64,000 nucleotides of DNA from assembly GCA_963676835.2 (NCBI GenBank), contig CAXXFF010000001.1:672001-736000 (forward strand), in the 5' to 3' direction. This document shows, one piece after another, positions 1 through 9,309 of the stretch (positions within the stretch are counted from its first letter, which is position 1; each line of letters begins with the position of its first letter). The notes below the pieces were generated by a model, which ran no database searches, was not told where the DNA came from, and worked only from the letters and a program-made list of their open reading frames with translations. Origin of the DNA: Marispirochaeta sp. (GTDB lineage: Bacteria > Spirochaetota > Spirochaetia > JC444 > Marispirochaetaceae). The position numbers were made by a program, and so were the translations under genes.

Positions 1-306
1 AGCGAAGGGCGAACGGTGTTCATTCAGTTCACCGCCGACTGGTGTCTTACCTGCAAAACCAACGAGGCAACAGTCTTCTCCCGGCAGGAGGTGGACGAAC
101 TGTTCGAACGCTTTGAGGTTGTCCGCTTTTACGGAGATTTCACCAAAGGCGATAAAACAATTCAGCAGTGGATAGAAAAGTTCGGCAAGGCCGGTGTTCC
201 GGTTTATGCCCTCTACCCTCCGGGAAAAGCGACTCCTGTACTGCTGCCTGAACTTCTTACACCGGCTATTCTTGAAAATACTCTGGTTAATCAGCTGGCA
301 TGGTAA
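1..306 (+). CDS. Protein-disulfide reductase DsbD family, C-terminal thioredoxin domain (5' partial)
   Basis: Frame open from base 1; FTADWCLTCK CxxC motif and GVPVY cis-Pro loop, typical of the DsbD gamma domain. Confidence 0.8.
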   Translation, partial: SEGRTVFIQFTADWCLTCKTNEATVFSRQEVDELFERFEVVRFYGDFTKGDKTIQQWIEKFGKAGVPVYALYPPGKATPVLLPELLTPAILENTLVNQLAW

Positions 307-350
307 GCTGCCTTTAAAAAGCAGCAAAACAAGCCTCTGAACAGCTTTCG

Positions 351-379
351 TTGACTTCCCCCGGGTGTCGTGATACCGT
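351..379 (+). promoter_or_regulatory. Putative sigma70 promoter of the acyl-CoA ligase gene
   Basis: TTGACT-17 bp-TACCGT with TG extended -10. Confidence 0.5.
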
Positions 380-414
380 GATTTTAATCACATCCGGCGG
401 GAGGGCTCGAAGCA

Positions 415-2307
415 ATGAATCAGAGTGACACGTTGATTCGTCGTTTTAAAAAGACTGTTGATCTTCATGGTGAAAAACCCGCTGTTTACAGTAAAGACGA
501 TGGAAAATCATTTCAGCCCTACACCTTCTCTCAACTTTTTGAGAAAGTATCTCTTGCGGCGGCAGGTCTGGCATCAAAGGGCATAAAAAAAGGTGACCAC
601 CTTGGAATCCTCTCGGATAACCGGAAAGAATGGCTTATCTCCGACCTGGCATCTCTTACCCTGGGAGCAATCGATGTTCCCCGCGGGTCGGACAGCACCT
701 CCGAAGAGTTTGCCTATATTCTTGCCCATGCAGACTGCACTGCAGCTTTTGTGGAGAACAAGGTACAGCTCGAGAAGGTAGCCTCCCGCATGGAGGCTCT
801 CCCCCAACTGAAGTTGATAATCTCCTACGACGATCCGGGCAGCAGTGAAGTACCCGGTGTTGAAATTATCTCCTTTGAAGAACTCCTTGAGCTTGGCCGT
901 GAAGCCGGAGGAGACGAAGCATTTTTCAATTCTTCAATTGAATCATCCTCAATCGACGATGTGGTTACCCTTATTTACACCTCCGGAACCACCGGAGAAC
1001 CGAAAGGCGTAATTCTTACCAACCGCTCCTATATTTTTCAGCTGGACCGGATCTACGATCCTATTCCCATAAAAACAGGGGAACGGTTTTTCAGCGTGCT
1101 TCCTTCCTGGCACTCCTATGAACGGGCCATCGAATATATAGTAATTACCCAGGGAGCCTCGATTATCTACTCAAAGCCCATCGGATCGATAATGCTTGCC
1201 GATATGGCTGCAACCAACCCTCACTGGATGACCTCGGTTCCGAGAATCTGGGAAGCCATTCGCGCTGCGGTCCTGAGAAATGTAAATCAGGGAAGCAACC
1301 TGAAGAAAAGCCTCTTTTATTTTTTCCTCACCGTCGGACAGTCTCACTACACCCTGTTAACCATGCTGAAGGGGCTTATGCCCCAGTTCTCAAAACGGTT
1401 TATATGGCTGGACCGTATTCTGGCCTTTCTCCCTTTTATACTTCTCACACCATTCAAGCTTTTGGGCAACCTGCTGGTTTTCGGCACCATTAAGAAGAAA
1501 CTCGGTAAAAACTTCCGGGCCGGCGTCTCCGGAGGCGGCGCGCTCCCCCCTCATGTGGACCGCTTTTTTCAGGCCGTCGGTATTCGTATCCTTGAAGGAT
1601 ACGGGTTAACCGAAACCGGGCCGGTGCTTTCTGTGCGTGATTTTAATGCTCCGGTACCTGGAACAATCGGACCGCTGCTTCCGGATATTGAATACCGGCT
1701 GATAAACAGCGAAGGAGCCCTTTCCCGCCCCGGCGAAAAAGGCGTCCTTTATGTAAAGAGCGAACAGATAATGCAGGGCTACTACAAGAGGCCTGAGGCG
1801 ACAGCAGATGTATTAAAAGACGGATGGCTCAACACCGGCGACCTTGCCATAATGACCAGAAACGAAGAGTTGAAGATAATCGGCAGAGAAAAAGAGACCA
1901 TAGTTCTTCTCGGCGGAGAGAACATTGAACCCGTCCCCATTGAGGACCAGCTCGGACGCTCTGATTTTATTGACCAGGTTATGGTTGTCGGACAGGATCA
2001 GAAATTCCTAGCTGCGTTGATTGTCCCCAACATGGAAGCAGTTGAAGCCGCGGCTCAAGCCAAAGGGCTTTCCTATGTAGATGCGAAAGAGCTTCTGCAG
2101 GATCCTGAAATTATCGAAGAAGTTCATAACAGCATTCAGTCTCTGGTAAATCCCCAGAACGGATTTAAACACTTTGAACGCATTTTCCGCTTTAAATTGC
2201 TGGACAATTCCTTTGAAGCGGGAAAAGAGCTGACCCAGACAATGAAGCTGCGCCGTTCGGTGATCGATGAACTGTACAAAAAGGAAATCCGGCAGCTTTT
2301 TGACTGA
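415..2307 (+). CDS. fadD: Long-chain fatty acid-CoA ligase (AMP-binding family)
   Basis: YTSGTTGEPKG, EGYGLTET and GWLNTGDL motifs; 630 aa. Confidence 0.9.
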   Translation: MNQSDTLIRRFKKTVDLHGEKPAVYSKDDGKSFQPYTFSQLFEKVSLAAAGLASKGIKKGDHLGILSDNRKEWLISDLASLTLGAIDVPRGSDSTSEEFAYILAHADCTAAFVENKVQLEKVASRMEALPQLKLIISYDDPGSSEVPGVEIISFEELLELGREAGGDEAFFNSSIESSSIDDVVTLIYTSGTTGEPKGVILTNRSYIFQLDRIYDPIPIKTGERFFSVLPSWHSYERAIEYIVITQGASIIYSKPIGSIMLADMAATNPHWMTSVPRIWEAIRAAVLRNVNQGSNLKKSLFYFFLTVGQSHYTLLTMLKGLMPQFSKRFIWLDRILAFLPFILLTPFKLLGNLLVFGTIKKKLGKNFRAGVSGGGALPPHVDRFFQAVGIRILEGYGLTETGPVLSVRDFNAPVPGTIGPLLPDIEYRLINSEGALSRPGEKGVLYVKSEQIMQGYYKRPEATADVLKDGWLNTGDLAIMTRNEELKIIGREKETIVLLGGENIEPVPIEDQLGRSDFIDQVMVVGQDQKFLAALIVPNMEAVEAAAQAKGLSYVDAKELLQDPEIIEEVHNSIQSLVNPQNGFKHFERIFRFKLLDNSFEAGKELTQTMKLRRSVIDELYKKEIRQLFD

Positions 2308-3442
2308 ATACACCATTTTCTCAAATGATTGTGAAGGCGAGTTCCTTCATCGCCCAAACCGTTTCAAGGCGCTTATCCAGTGCGGCGAAACTCCCATAGA
2401 AGCTCACTGTGCCAATCCCGGCCGTATGCGGGAACTTCTGGTTCCCGGACGAAGCTGCATCCTGGAATACCATGAGAATAGTGAGAGAACTGCACGAAAA
2501 ACCGCCTGGTCCCTGGCGGCAGTACGCTATAATAATCATGTCATTCCCCTGAACTCCGCCGGAGCCAACCGTATTGCAGAAACGCTTATTATTCCCCGCC
2601 TCTTTCCCGGAGCTGATTCGGTAAAAAGAGAGTTTACTCTGGGATCATCCCGCTTTGATTTTCTGATTACAGAAAAGGATTCGCAAACCCTGGTTGAGGT
2701 AAAGTCCTGCAGCCTGGTTGAATACAGAACTGCAATGTTTCCCGACGCCCCTACCCAGCGGGGCGCCCGTCATGTAACAGAGTTGAAGGAAATTGCCGAA
2801 GCCGGGGACTATAAAGCATGTGTGCTCTTTGTGGTGGTTAATCCCGATGCGGACCGTCTTGTCCCGGGAATTCACACAGATCCCGCCTTTGCTCAGGCGG
2901 TGATGGATGCCTCCCCGTTTGTAAATATTCGTGCAGCGACTGTACATTGCGACAGTAATGGTTCAGTCAGGGCGGTAAATACGGAGCTTCCGGTGGATAC
3001 CAGCCCCTGCACGGCAGCGGCAATGGACACCGGAGTATACCTGGTAAAAATGTTCCTTTCTCAAAAAATTGAGGTGAAAATCGGAGCCCTGGGGATGCGG
3101 GTATTTGAGTCCGGAACCTATGTATATGCGGGCAGTGCCAAAAAAAATCTGACATCCCGGCTTAACCGGCATCTGAGAAAGCGCAAGAAAAAGCACTGGC
3201 ACATCGATTATCTGAGGGAGTATGCGGATTCTGTGGAAGGATATGCCTTGAGAACCTTAAAAGATCTGGAGTGTGTTCTGGCCGGCGATCTGGCTGAAAT
3301 TGCCGAATACGGGGTTCCCGGTTTCGGCTGCTCCGACTGCAGCTGCACAAGCCACCTGTACAAAGTACCCGACCGGCACCCCGATGATCCGATGTCACTG
3401 GAGCAGCTTGTACTGCGCTACCGGCATAGAGAGACTCTTTAA
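2300..3442 (+). CDS. sfsA: SfsA nuclease fused to a C-terminal GIY-YIG (DUF123/Uri-like) domain
   Basis: HRPNRF, HCANPGRMRELL, SRFDF, VEVKSCSL, FPDAPTQRG; C-terminus GVY..YVYAGSA..HWHIDYL..GFGCSDCSCTSHL. Start taken as TTG 2300 (ORF open from 2267). Confidence 0.85.
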   Translation: MTEYTIFSNDCEGEFLHRPNRFKALIQCGETPIEAHCANPGRMRELLVPGRSCILEYHENSERTARKTAWSLAAVRYNNHVIPLNSAGANRIAETLIIPRLFPGADSVKREFTLGSSRFDFLITEKDSQTLVEVKSCSLVEYRTAMFPDAPTQRGARHVTELKEIAEAGDYKACVLFVVVNPDADRLVPGIHTDPAFAQAVMDASPFVNIRAATVHCDSNGSVRAVNTELPVDTSPCTAAAMDTGVYLVKMFLSQKIEVKIGALGMRVFESGTYVYAGSAKKNLTSRLNRHLRKRKKKHWHIDYLREYADSVEGYALRTLKDLECVLAGDLAEIAEYGVPGFGCSDCSCTSHLYKVPDRHPDDPMSLEQLVLRYRHRETL

Positions 3443-3474
3443 CAGCTTTCTTTTACACATACCTGCTTATGTAT

Positions 3475-3918
3475 CTACATGATCATGACAAGAAAGATAC
3501 CCATGGAAATAAGGATTCCGAAAAGAAGCACCAGAATGAAGTAGTAACTCCAGTTATGAAAGCCCTTGGGTTTGTCAAAGTGCTCTTCCGCAAAGAGTTC
3601 GTAATCCTTTTCCTGCCGGGGAGCTTTCATATATTTCGGAGGAGTATCGCTGCCTTTCGGGCTGCGCCCCTGGGAAGGAGCTGTAGAGGCCGGCTCTTTT
3701 CGACCCGGACTGCGGGGATCCGGTCCGGCAGGACCATCATCCTCGGAGGCGAGGTAACCGCATTTGGGACATCCCTGGAGGAACTCTCCGGGCATACCGG
3801 TATATTTACAGACGGGGCATTTTACTGCATCAAACTTTTTCCCGCAGTGAGGACACATGTTGGCATTAAACGGTACAGACCTGCCGCAGGATTCACAGAA
3901 AAAGCGGGCGCTCTTCAT
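3475..3918 (-). CDS. Double zinc-ribbon protein with C-terminal membrane anchor
   Basis: Four CxxC pairs (CESC, CPHC, CPVC, CPKC), Pro-rich linker, hydrophobic C-terminus; GGAGAGG SD. Confidence 0.8.
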   Translation of the reverse strand: MKSARFFCESCGRSVPFNANMCPHCGKKFDAVKCPVCKYTGMPGEFLQGCPKCGYLASEDDGPAGPDPRSPGRKEPASTAPSQGRSPKGSDTPPKYMKAPRQEKDYELFAEEHFDKPKGFHNWSYYFILVLLFGILISMGIFLVMIM

Positions 3919-3952
3919 CGAATTCCTCTCCCAGTTTTATATACTTTATCAA

Positions 3953-4423
3953 TCAGACCTTCCTGTTGAAGGATTCTATCACAGAATCAGCAAAATGAAA
4001 GGCTTCGTCAAGAACCTCATCGGGTAAAATGCGGGATTCGCCCTGTTCACGGATTTCCATATCCCGGTAAAAGAGTCCATCTCCTTCGGGGAAAACCCGC
4101 TGCACCGGCTTTCCTGAGGTGTATTCAGTAATCTGTGCGGCATCAGCGGGAAGAAAGAGTATTTCATAGATAAGTTCTTTGCCGGTATATATCTGTATTT
4201 TTATTGGAACATCCGATCCCTGAGCCGACTCAAGAATTCCTTTGGCAGCATCTGTATCCCCGTCGAGGAGCCAGTAGAGCCAGGCGGGAAACAGGGAATC
4301 CTGCCCGGTATTTCCAATGATCTGAAACAGGAAGGCTGCCCTGTTCTCCCGGACAAGCTGTTTCAGCCAGAGAGACCAGGGGAACAAGGCTGTTCTGATA
4401 AGTGATGAATGCCTCTGGTTCAC
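3953..4423 (-). CDS. Hypothetical protein
   Basis: 156-aa ORF whose GTG start overlaps the stop of the upstream SpoIIE gene (GTGA). Confidence 0.55.
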   Translation of the reverse strand: MNQRHSSLIRTALFPWSLWLKQLVRENRAAFLFQIIGNTGQDSLFPAWLYWLLDGDTDAAKGILESAQGSDVPIKIQIYTGKELIYEILFLPADAAQITEYTSGKPVQRVFPEGDGLFYRDMEIREQGESRILPDEVLDEAFHFADSVIESFNRKV

Positions 4424-7400
4424 TTTCTTTGAATCGCCAGCATGGTCAGGTCGTCTTCCTGCTTATCTTCCTTCAGGTGGGTAAACCAGACATACTCGGG
4501 ATATTCATCATCCTCAATTCTGTTGCGGAAGAAACTGTAATATGCCTTAAAGTGTTTCTGCAGGAAAATGTCTATTTTTTTATCCACCTGAATCCGGTCT
4601 CGTTCGGTCGCATTAGGATCCGGAAAGAGGCGGAAGACCTTTTCAACCGCAATCAATACTGTAACCATATCTTCCGGGCTGCCTGAGAATTCAGAGAAAT
4701 CAAACTCAAGAGGCTCGCTAATTACCGTGTCGACCCGGCGTTTTAGTATATATTTTTTCCGTTGATAGGCTGTCTCAAGGATTTCACGTATCCGCTTGGG
4801 ATCAAACTCTTCAAAGGTCTCATCAACCTTAACCTCTTTGTAGCCCTTGCTGACAAACTCCTCTTCATCTCTGGACCTGATATCTTCAGGCAGATTCTTG
4901 TATTCCACTACATTGAAATTACTGTCCCTCAGAACATGCCGGCTCTCTTCCACACCGTCAGTGTATAAAAGGAGGGTATCACCGGATGTAAGAGTAAGCG
5001 AATCCTGCTCGTAAGTGATTGGGCCGAAAATAGCCGGATCCATACTTCCCGCAGCAGGGTTTTTCTGGGATAACTGAATCTCATGAACCTTGCCCTCTTT
5101 ACGTTCAAAAATATTCAGCAGGCTGTCTCCGGCATTACAGATGTAAAGCTTTCCCGTAGCCTCTTCCATGAGAATGATGATAAAAGCCGCAAACCGTCCT
5201 TTAAATTCCCGATCCACGAGGAGCTGGTTAATATTTCCTACCAGACTTGAAAGATTCAGATTAGGCTTCTTCCCGATAAGGCGGTTGAAATAACTGGTAA
5301 AAATGGTGGCTACCTCAACCATGATCAAAGCCGCAGTGACACCATGGCCGGAAACGTCACATTTTATTATTGCCCGGTAACCGTTCTGCAGATCGATATG
5401 ATCAAAATAGTCTCCGGAAAGTTCATCAGCACCCTCATAATAGCCATAAAGGTCAAGTCTCTGGTTAGAGAATGCCGCAGTTGGGAGTTTTCGTTCTCCA
5501 TATTCTTCCAGAGGCAGAAACTTCTTCTGTATCTCCTTACCAAGGGTAAGCTCTTTGGCTGATTCGGCAGCTTCAACCAGGCCATGGGTCATTTCGTTAA
5601 TTGTTTGTGCCAGACCATACAGCTCATCCCGGGTTTTTGTTTCAACCTCATGGCCCTTAAGCGCGGCCTTATCTTCGGTATCCCGGATAACCTCCACCCC
5701 CTGAATAAGCCTGCGTATAGGTACAATAATTATTGTGGCAAGAATAAGTGCTCCGACAACACCAATGGCTGCCGCAATCAGGGCTACAATGGCGGTAATG
5801 GTAATAAGAGTCCGCCGGGAAGCCAGAATCTGCTGAACAATCTCTTCTGTGGTAACTTTGAGACGTACGGTACCGCGATAGAAGTAGCCCGCCTCATTCT
5901 CATCAGTCTGCTGGCGGAAGCCAACAATGGGACGGTAGAAGGTATACTCCTCCACCCTGGGCCTAAAGGTTTCCACATCAAACACAGGGCTGCTGGCAAC
6001 AACGTTACCTGCCTCCCGGATCAGCGCCCGTCGGGAGCGGTTAAAGCGGACAACATCCTCATTCAGCTGCTGCAGACGGCGGCTGCGCTCTTCGTCGTTG
6101 TTAAAATCGGGAAAGCGGCTGCTGATAAACTCACGCTGGGAGGCATTTATGGGGATATTTCTGTTGAGCGACTCCAGAATAAGCTGTTCCTGCTGCATAT
6201 CACGGATATCGCTCTCAATAGCGCCCATCTCCTCACTGAGCATGGTGTCTACACTCTCGGCAAGCTCCGTTTCGGCCCCGGTAAGATCGTCCTTATATAC
6301 GGATCTCCCATAGAAAGGAGTTACAAGGACATCAAAACGATCGCGATAGGAAGAAAGCTCATCTGCATTTATAAGGGCAAAGGTCCGGGGAGCATCTTCC
6401 GCTGCATTTTTTGCCCGGTAATCGATACGAATCTCCCCGGTGAGGGAATCCAACAGACCTGCAGGATCAGAGGCGGCCCAGAGGGCATGCTTTTCGCCGT
6501 TGGGATCTGCCGCTGAACGTCCGGTAATGGTTACCCCGGTGGCATCACTCATGGCTTCAACCTGGGATACAAGAGAAAGAATTGTTTCCTGATCATTGGA
6601 ATCGATGGGTTCCTGGGCACCTACAGACAGGCTCTCCAGGAGCAGTGCCGCCCGGCTTGAGAGTCCCTCGGCAAGGGTCTTCTGTCTGCTTTCTATCATG
6701 TAGTAGCCGAGAGAGACGGCTACCATCATTACAACGATCAGTATCAGCAGTGTTATCAGCAGTACGAACTTAAGCCGCAGCCCCAGGCCTCTCTTTCTCA
6801 TATCTTTCATCCTCGATTTAAAATCTGTGCTGCTTATACTCCGTCCGGCAACAATGGCGGCTATGTCCCGGCGGATTACGGCGCCCTCAGCAATAACTCC
6901 CCGGATTTTAACTACCGTTACAAGCAGTGCAAGTGCAAGTCCCGCAAGAAGCATTATGGTAACCAGGCTGTTTATGGATATACTCAGCCTGTTTTCGGTA
7001 AAAATCCTGAATTTTGAGGGAGGCCGGTAGGTAAAATCACCGAACTTGACTACACCGGAGGGTTCAAAATAGATCTCCGATGGGGCCCACTTCAATCCGC
7101 GACGGGGGTGCTCAATACCCAGTCGGTAATTGCCTTCTTCAATATCCTGAACGGTGAAGTTGCTGATCAGCCTGTCGCTGTCGATATCGAAGAAGCCCTC
7201 CCCTGCGGGGAACCGGTAATCGTAGGGTTCCCTGCCGTCCATATCCAGTACAACAGCAGAAATAAGACCGCCGTCTAGGTATCCCCGGCCCTGAATGGTC
7301 AGCTGAGTGCTGCCGACTTCATCCCGGTCCGCCCGGACCCGGTCTATTATGGTAACCGGAATATACTTGTTAAGCCTGAATATGAAAGGCGTAGGGGCAC

Positions 7401-9300
7401 TCATGTTGCCCACTCCGTCCAGGGCGGAAGCGGAGATCATCCAGGTACCGTTATCCCTGTTATAGAACGAGACTTCGGGACTGCGGGTAATAATTCTTTC
7501 CGGAGGAGAAGGCACCCTGGTTCCTTCATAGGCGACCTCCCGGCCGGAGGAACTTAGCAGGGTAAAGGTATAGGAGTATCCGCTGGTATCCTCTTCAGGG
7601 GGAGCCAGCCAGTTGAGAGTCATGGTATTGGAGAGCATGTAACCCCGTTCATCCAGTTCGAACTCGGGGAACTGAGGCGGTGACGGCGGCGTTGTGTCCC
7701 GGACAATGGGCAGTACTCCCGGTTTTGACCAGTTTCCCGCATAGTCCTGGGCGATAATAATAAAATACCAGTTGCCGTCAACGGTGAGCTCTCTGGAAGT
7801 TGCCAGGGATTCATCCCGGAAGTGCTTTACCTCTTTTTCCGGTGTGTAGCCCGGAAGCCTTGAGAACATATAGCTGTAGCCGGCAATACCGGACGGATCC
7901 CGGGGCTCTGTCCAGGCTACCCTGAAGTTATCCAGAGATGCAGGCTGCCCGGCGGTGAAATTTCCTCCCCTCAAGGAAGGGACCGGAACACTTATATCCG
8001 GCCCCCGGACTACCAGGCGGCTGGAACTGATTTCATCGTTCCTGTAGGCATCACTCTCCCAGACAAGATATACACGGTTATCAAAAACTGAAGGCACCGC
8101 AAAGGCGGAACTGTTCTGCAGTGTATCTACCGTAAGGTAGTCGTATCCGGAGGTGCTGTCATAATACCAGTCCAGGCCAGCTCCGGGCAGGGTTCTCCCT
8201 TCAGCGAGGCGAACCTGCATGGCCTGCTCACCCCCTTCATACCAGCTGACAAAAAAACGTCCGTCCGCCTGAACAAAGCGGGGACTGATACTGTCCCTGT
8301 TGCTGTTAAGCCGGGAGACATTCAGAATATTTCCGCCTGTACCCAGTTCGGATAGATAGATATTGCGTACCCGGGACCGGCCGCTCCTCCGTTCCCAGGT
8401 GAGAAAAAGTCTGCTGCCGGTGGAATAGAGGGAGGGGCGCTGGTTATCGTAATATTCCCAGCCCGGCTCATTCCCCAGGCCGTAGGTCTCATTGAAGGAG
8501 GTCAGCAGTAAAGGTGTTGTCCAGCTTTCCCCCCTGTCGGAGGTGGATGTGAGATAAAGCTGATAGGTTGAGGGGGGATTACCGCCGGACCCGCCCATCT
8601 TGAAGGCCTGAAAAACCACATAATCGGTGCCGTTGAAGGATGCAAGGGTGGGAAGATAGGTTTCCCGGAGGTTTGTATTGTCCCGCACCAGGGGCTCAAA
8701 GGAGCTCCAGCTGCGGCCGTCAAGGGAAGAACTGTAAAAAATCCCCAGGTATCCGCCGCCGTTGTTCACCGCCCCGGCATCCCGGGAGACAAAGAGCATC
8801 AGCCCCCCGTCGGCGGCTGCATAGAGCCGTGGAGCAACCACCGCCTGCAGCGGCGTCGCTGCAGAACCGATCCTGAATGCTCTTCCGGCGGATGCGGAAA
8901 AGCGGTAAATACCGACGGTGTTCTGTCCTTCCGCAACGGCAATCAGCACGGATCCGTCGGGCTGTACCAGCAAAGATGAGATGGGCGTCTCCGCTCCGGT
9001 AAAAGGAAAGGGACCGAGGACATCCCGAAAGTTTTCCCACTCAATTCCGTCGCTGCTGAAAGAAATACTGATATACGCATTTCCCCGCTGTTCGCCGGAA
9101 AACTCATATCGGTGGCTGAGAACGGTCAGTCCTTCCGCAGACGAACCGAACTGGGGAAAGCGGGGATTGGCAAGATCGAGATTACGGGGAGTTTCCCAGT
9201 AGATACGTTCCTGGGCGTAAACGCCTGTTGCGGAGAAAACAGACAGGAGGCTCAGGAGCAGCAGGGTAATCAGCTTTTTGACCATTCTTTTTTCCAGCAT
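4420..9300 (-). CDS. Large membrane sensor: periplasmic BNR/Asp-box and Ig/Fn3-like region, HAMP, PP2C/SpoIIE phosphatase
   Basis: Signal peptide; Asp-boxes SSDGIEW, SLDGRSW, SDRGESW; TM helices; HAMP (PIRRL..DELYGLAQTINEM); GDYFD, DVSGHG, YTDG, DDLT. Confidence 0.9.
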   Translation of the reverse strand: MLEKRMVKKLITLLLLSLLSVFSATGVYAQERIYWETPRNLDLANPRFPQFGSSAEGLTVLSHRYEFSGEQRGNAYISISFSSDGIEWENFRDVLGPFPFTGAETPISSLLVQPDGSVLIAVAEGQNTVGIYRFSASAGRAFRIGSAATPLQAVVAPRLYAAADGGLMLFVSRDAGAVNNGGGYLGIFYSSSLDGRSWSSFEPLVRDNTNLRETYLPTLASFNGTDYVVFQAFKMGGSGGNPPSTYQLYLTSTSDRGESWTTPLLLTSFNETYGLGNEPGWEYYDNQRPSLYSTGSRLFLTWERRSGRSRVRNIYLSELGTGGNILNVSRLNSNRDSISPRFVQADGRFFVSWYEGGEQAMQVRLAEGRTLPGAGLDWYYDSTSGYDYLTVDTLQNSSAFAVPSVFDNRVYLVWESDAYRNDEISSSRLVVRGPDISVPVPSLRGGNFTAGQPASLDNFRVAWTEPRDPSGIAGYSYMFSRLPGYTPEKEVKHFRDESLATSRELTVDGNWYFIIIAQDYAGNWSKPGVLPIVRDTTPPSPPQFPEFELDERGYMLSNTMTLNWLAPPEEDTSGYSYTFTLLSSSGREVAYEGTRVPSPPERIITRSPEVSFYNRDNGTWMISASALDGVGNMSAPTPFIFRLNKYIPVTIIDRVRADRDEVGSTQLTIQGRGYLDGGLISAVVLDMDGREPYDYRFPAGEGFFDIDSDRLISNFTVQDIEEGNYRLGIEHPRRGLKWAPSEIYFEPSGVVKFGDFTYRPPSKFRIFTENRLSISINSLVTIMLLAGLALALLVTVVKIRGVIAEGAVIRRDIAAIVAGRSISSTDFKSRMKDMRKRGLGLRLKFVLLITLLILIVVMMVAVSLGYYMIESRQKTLAEGLSSRAALLLESLSVGAQEPIDSNDQETILSLVSQVEAMSDATGVTITGRSAADPNGEKHALWAASDPAGLLDSLTGEIRIDYRAKNAAEDAPRTFALINADELSSYRDRFDVLVTPFYGRSVYKDDLTGAETELAESVDTMLSEEMGAIESDIRDMQQEQLILESLNRNIPINASQREFISSRFPDFNNDEERSRRLQQLNEDVVRFNRSRRALIREAGNVVASSPVFDVETFRPRVEEYTFYRPIVGFRQQTDENEAGYFYRGTVRLKVTTEEIVQQILASRRTLITITAIVALIAAAIGVVGALILATIIIVPIRRLIQGVEVIRDTEDKAALKGHEVETKTRDELYGLAQTINEMTHGLVEAAESAKELTLGKEIQKKFLPLEEYGERKLPTAAFSNQRLDLYGYYEGADELSGDYFDHIDLQNGYRAIIKCDVSGHGVTAALIMVEVATIFTSYFNRLIGKKPNLNLSSLVGNINQLLVDREFKGRFAAFIIILMEEATGKLYICNAGDSLLNIFERKEGKVHEIQLSQKNPAAGSMDPAIFGPITYEQDSLTLTSGDTLLLYTDGVEESRHVLRDSNFNVVEYKNLPEDIRSRDEEEFVSKGYKEVKVDETFEEFDPKRIREILETAYQRKKYILKRRVDTVISEPLEFDFSEFSGSPEDMVTVLIAVEKVFRLFPDPNATERDRIQVDKKIDIFLQKHFKAYYSFFRNRIEDDEYPEYVWFTHLKEDKQEDDLTMLAIQRK

Positions 9301-9309
9301 AACCTGAGC

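Noticed and set aside
3469..3969. 166-aa plus-strand ORF
   Set aside because: Antisense to the zinc-ribbon gene, which has clear motifs and an SD
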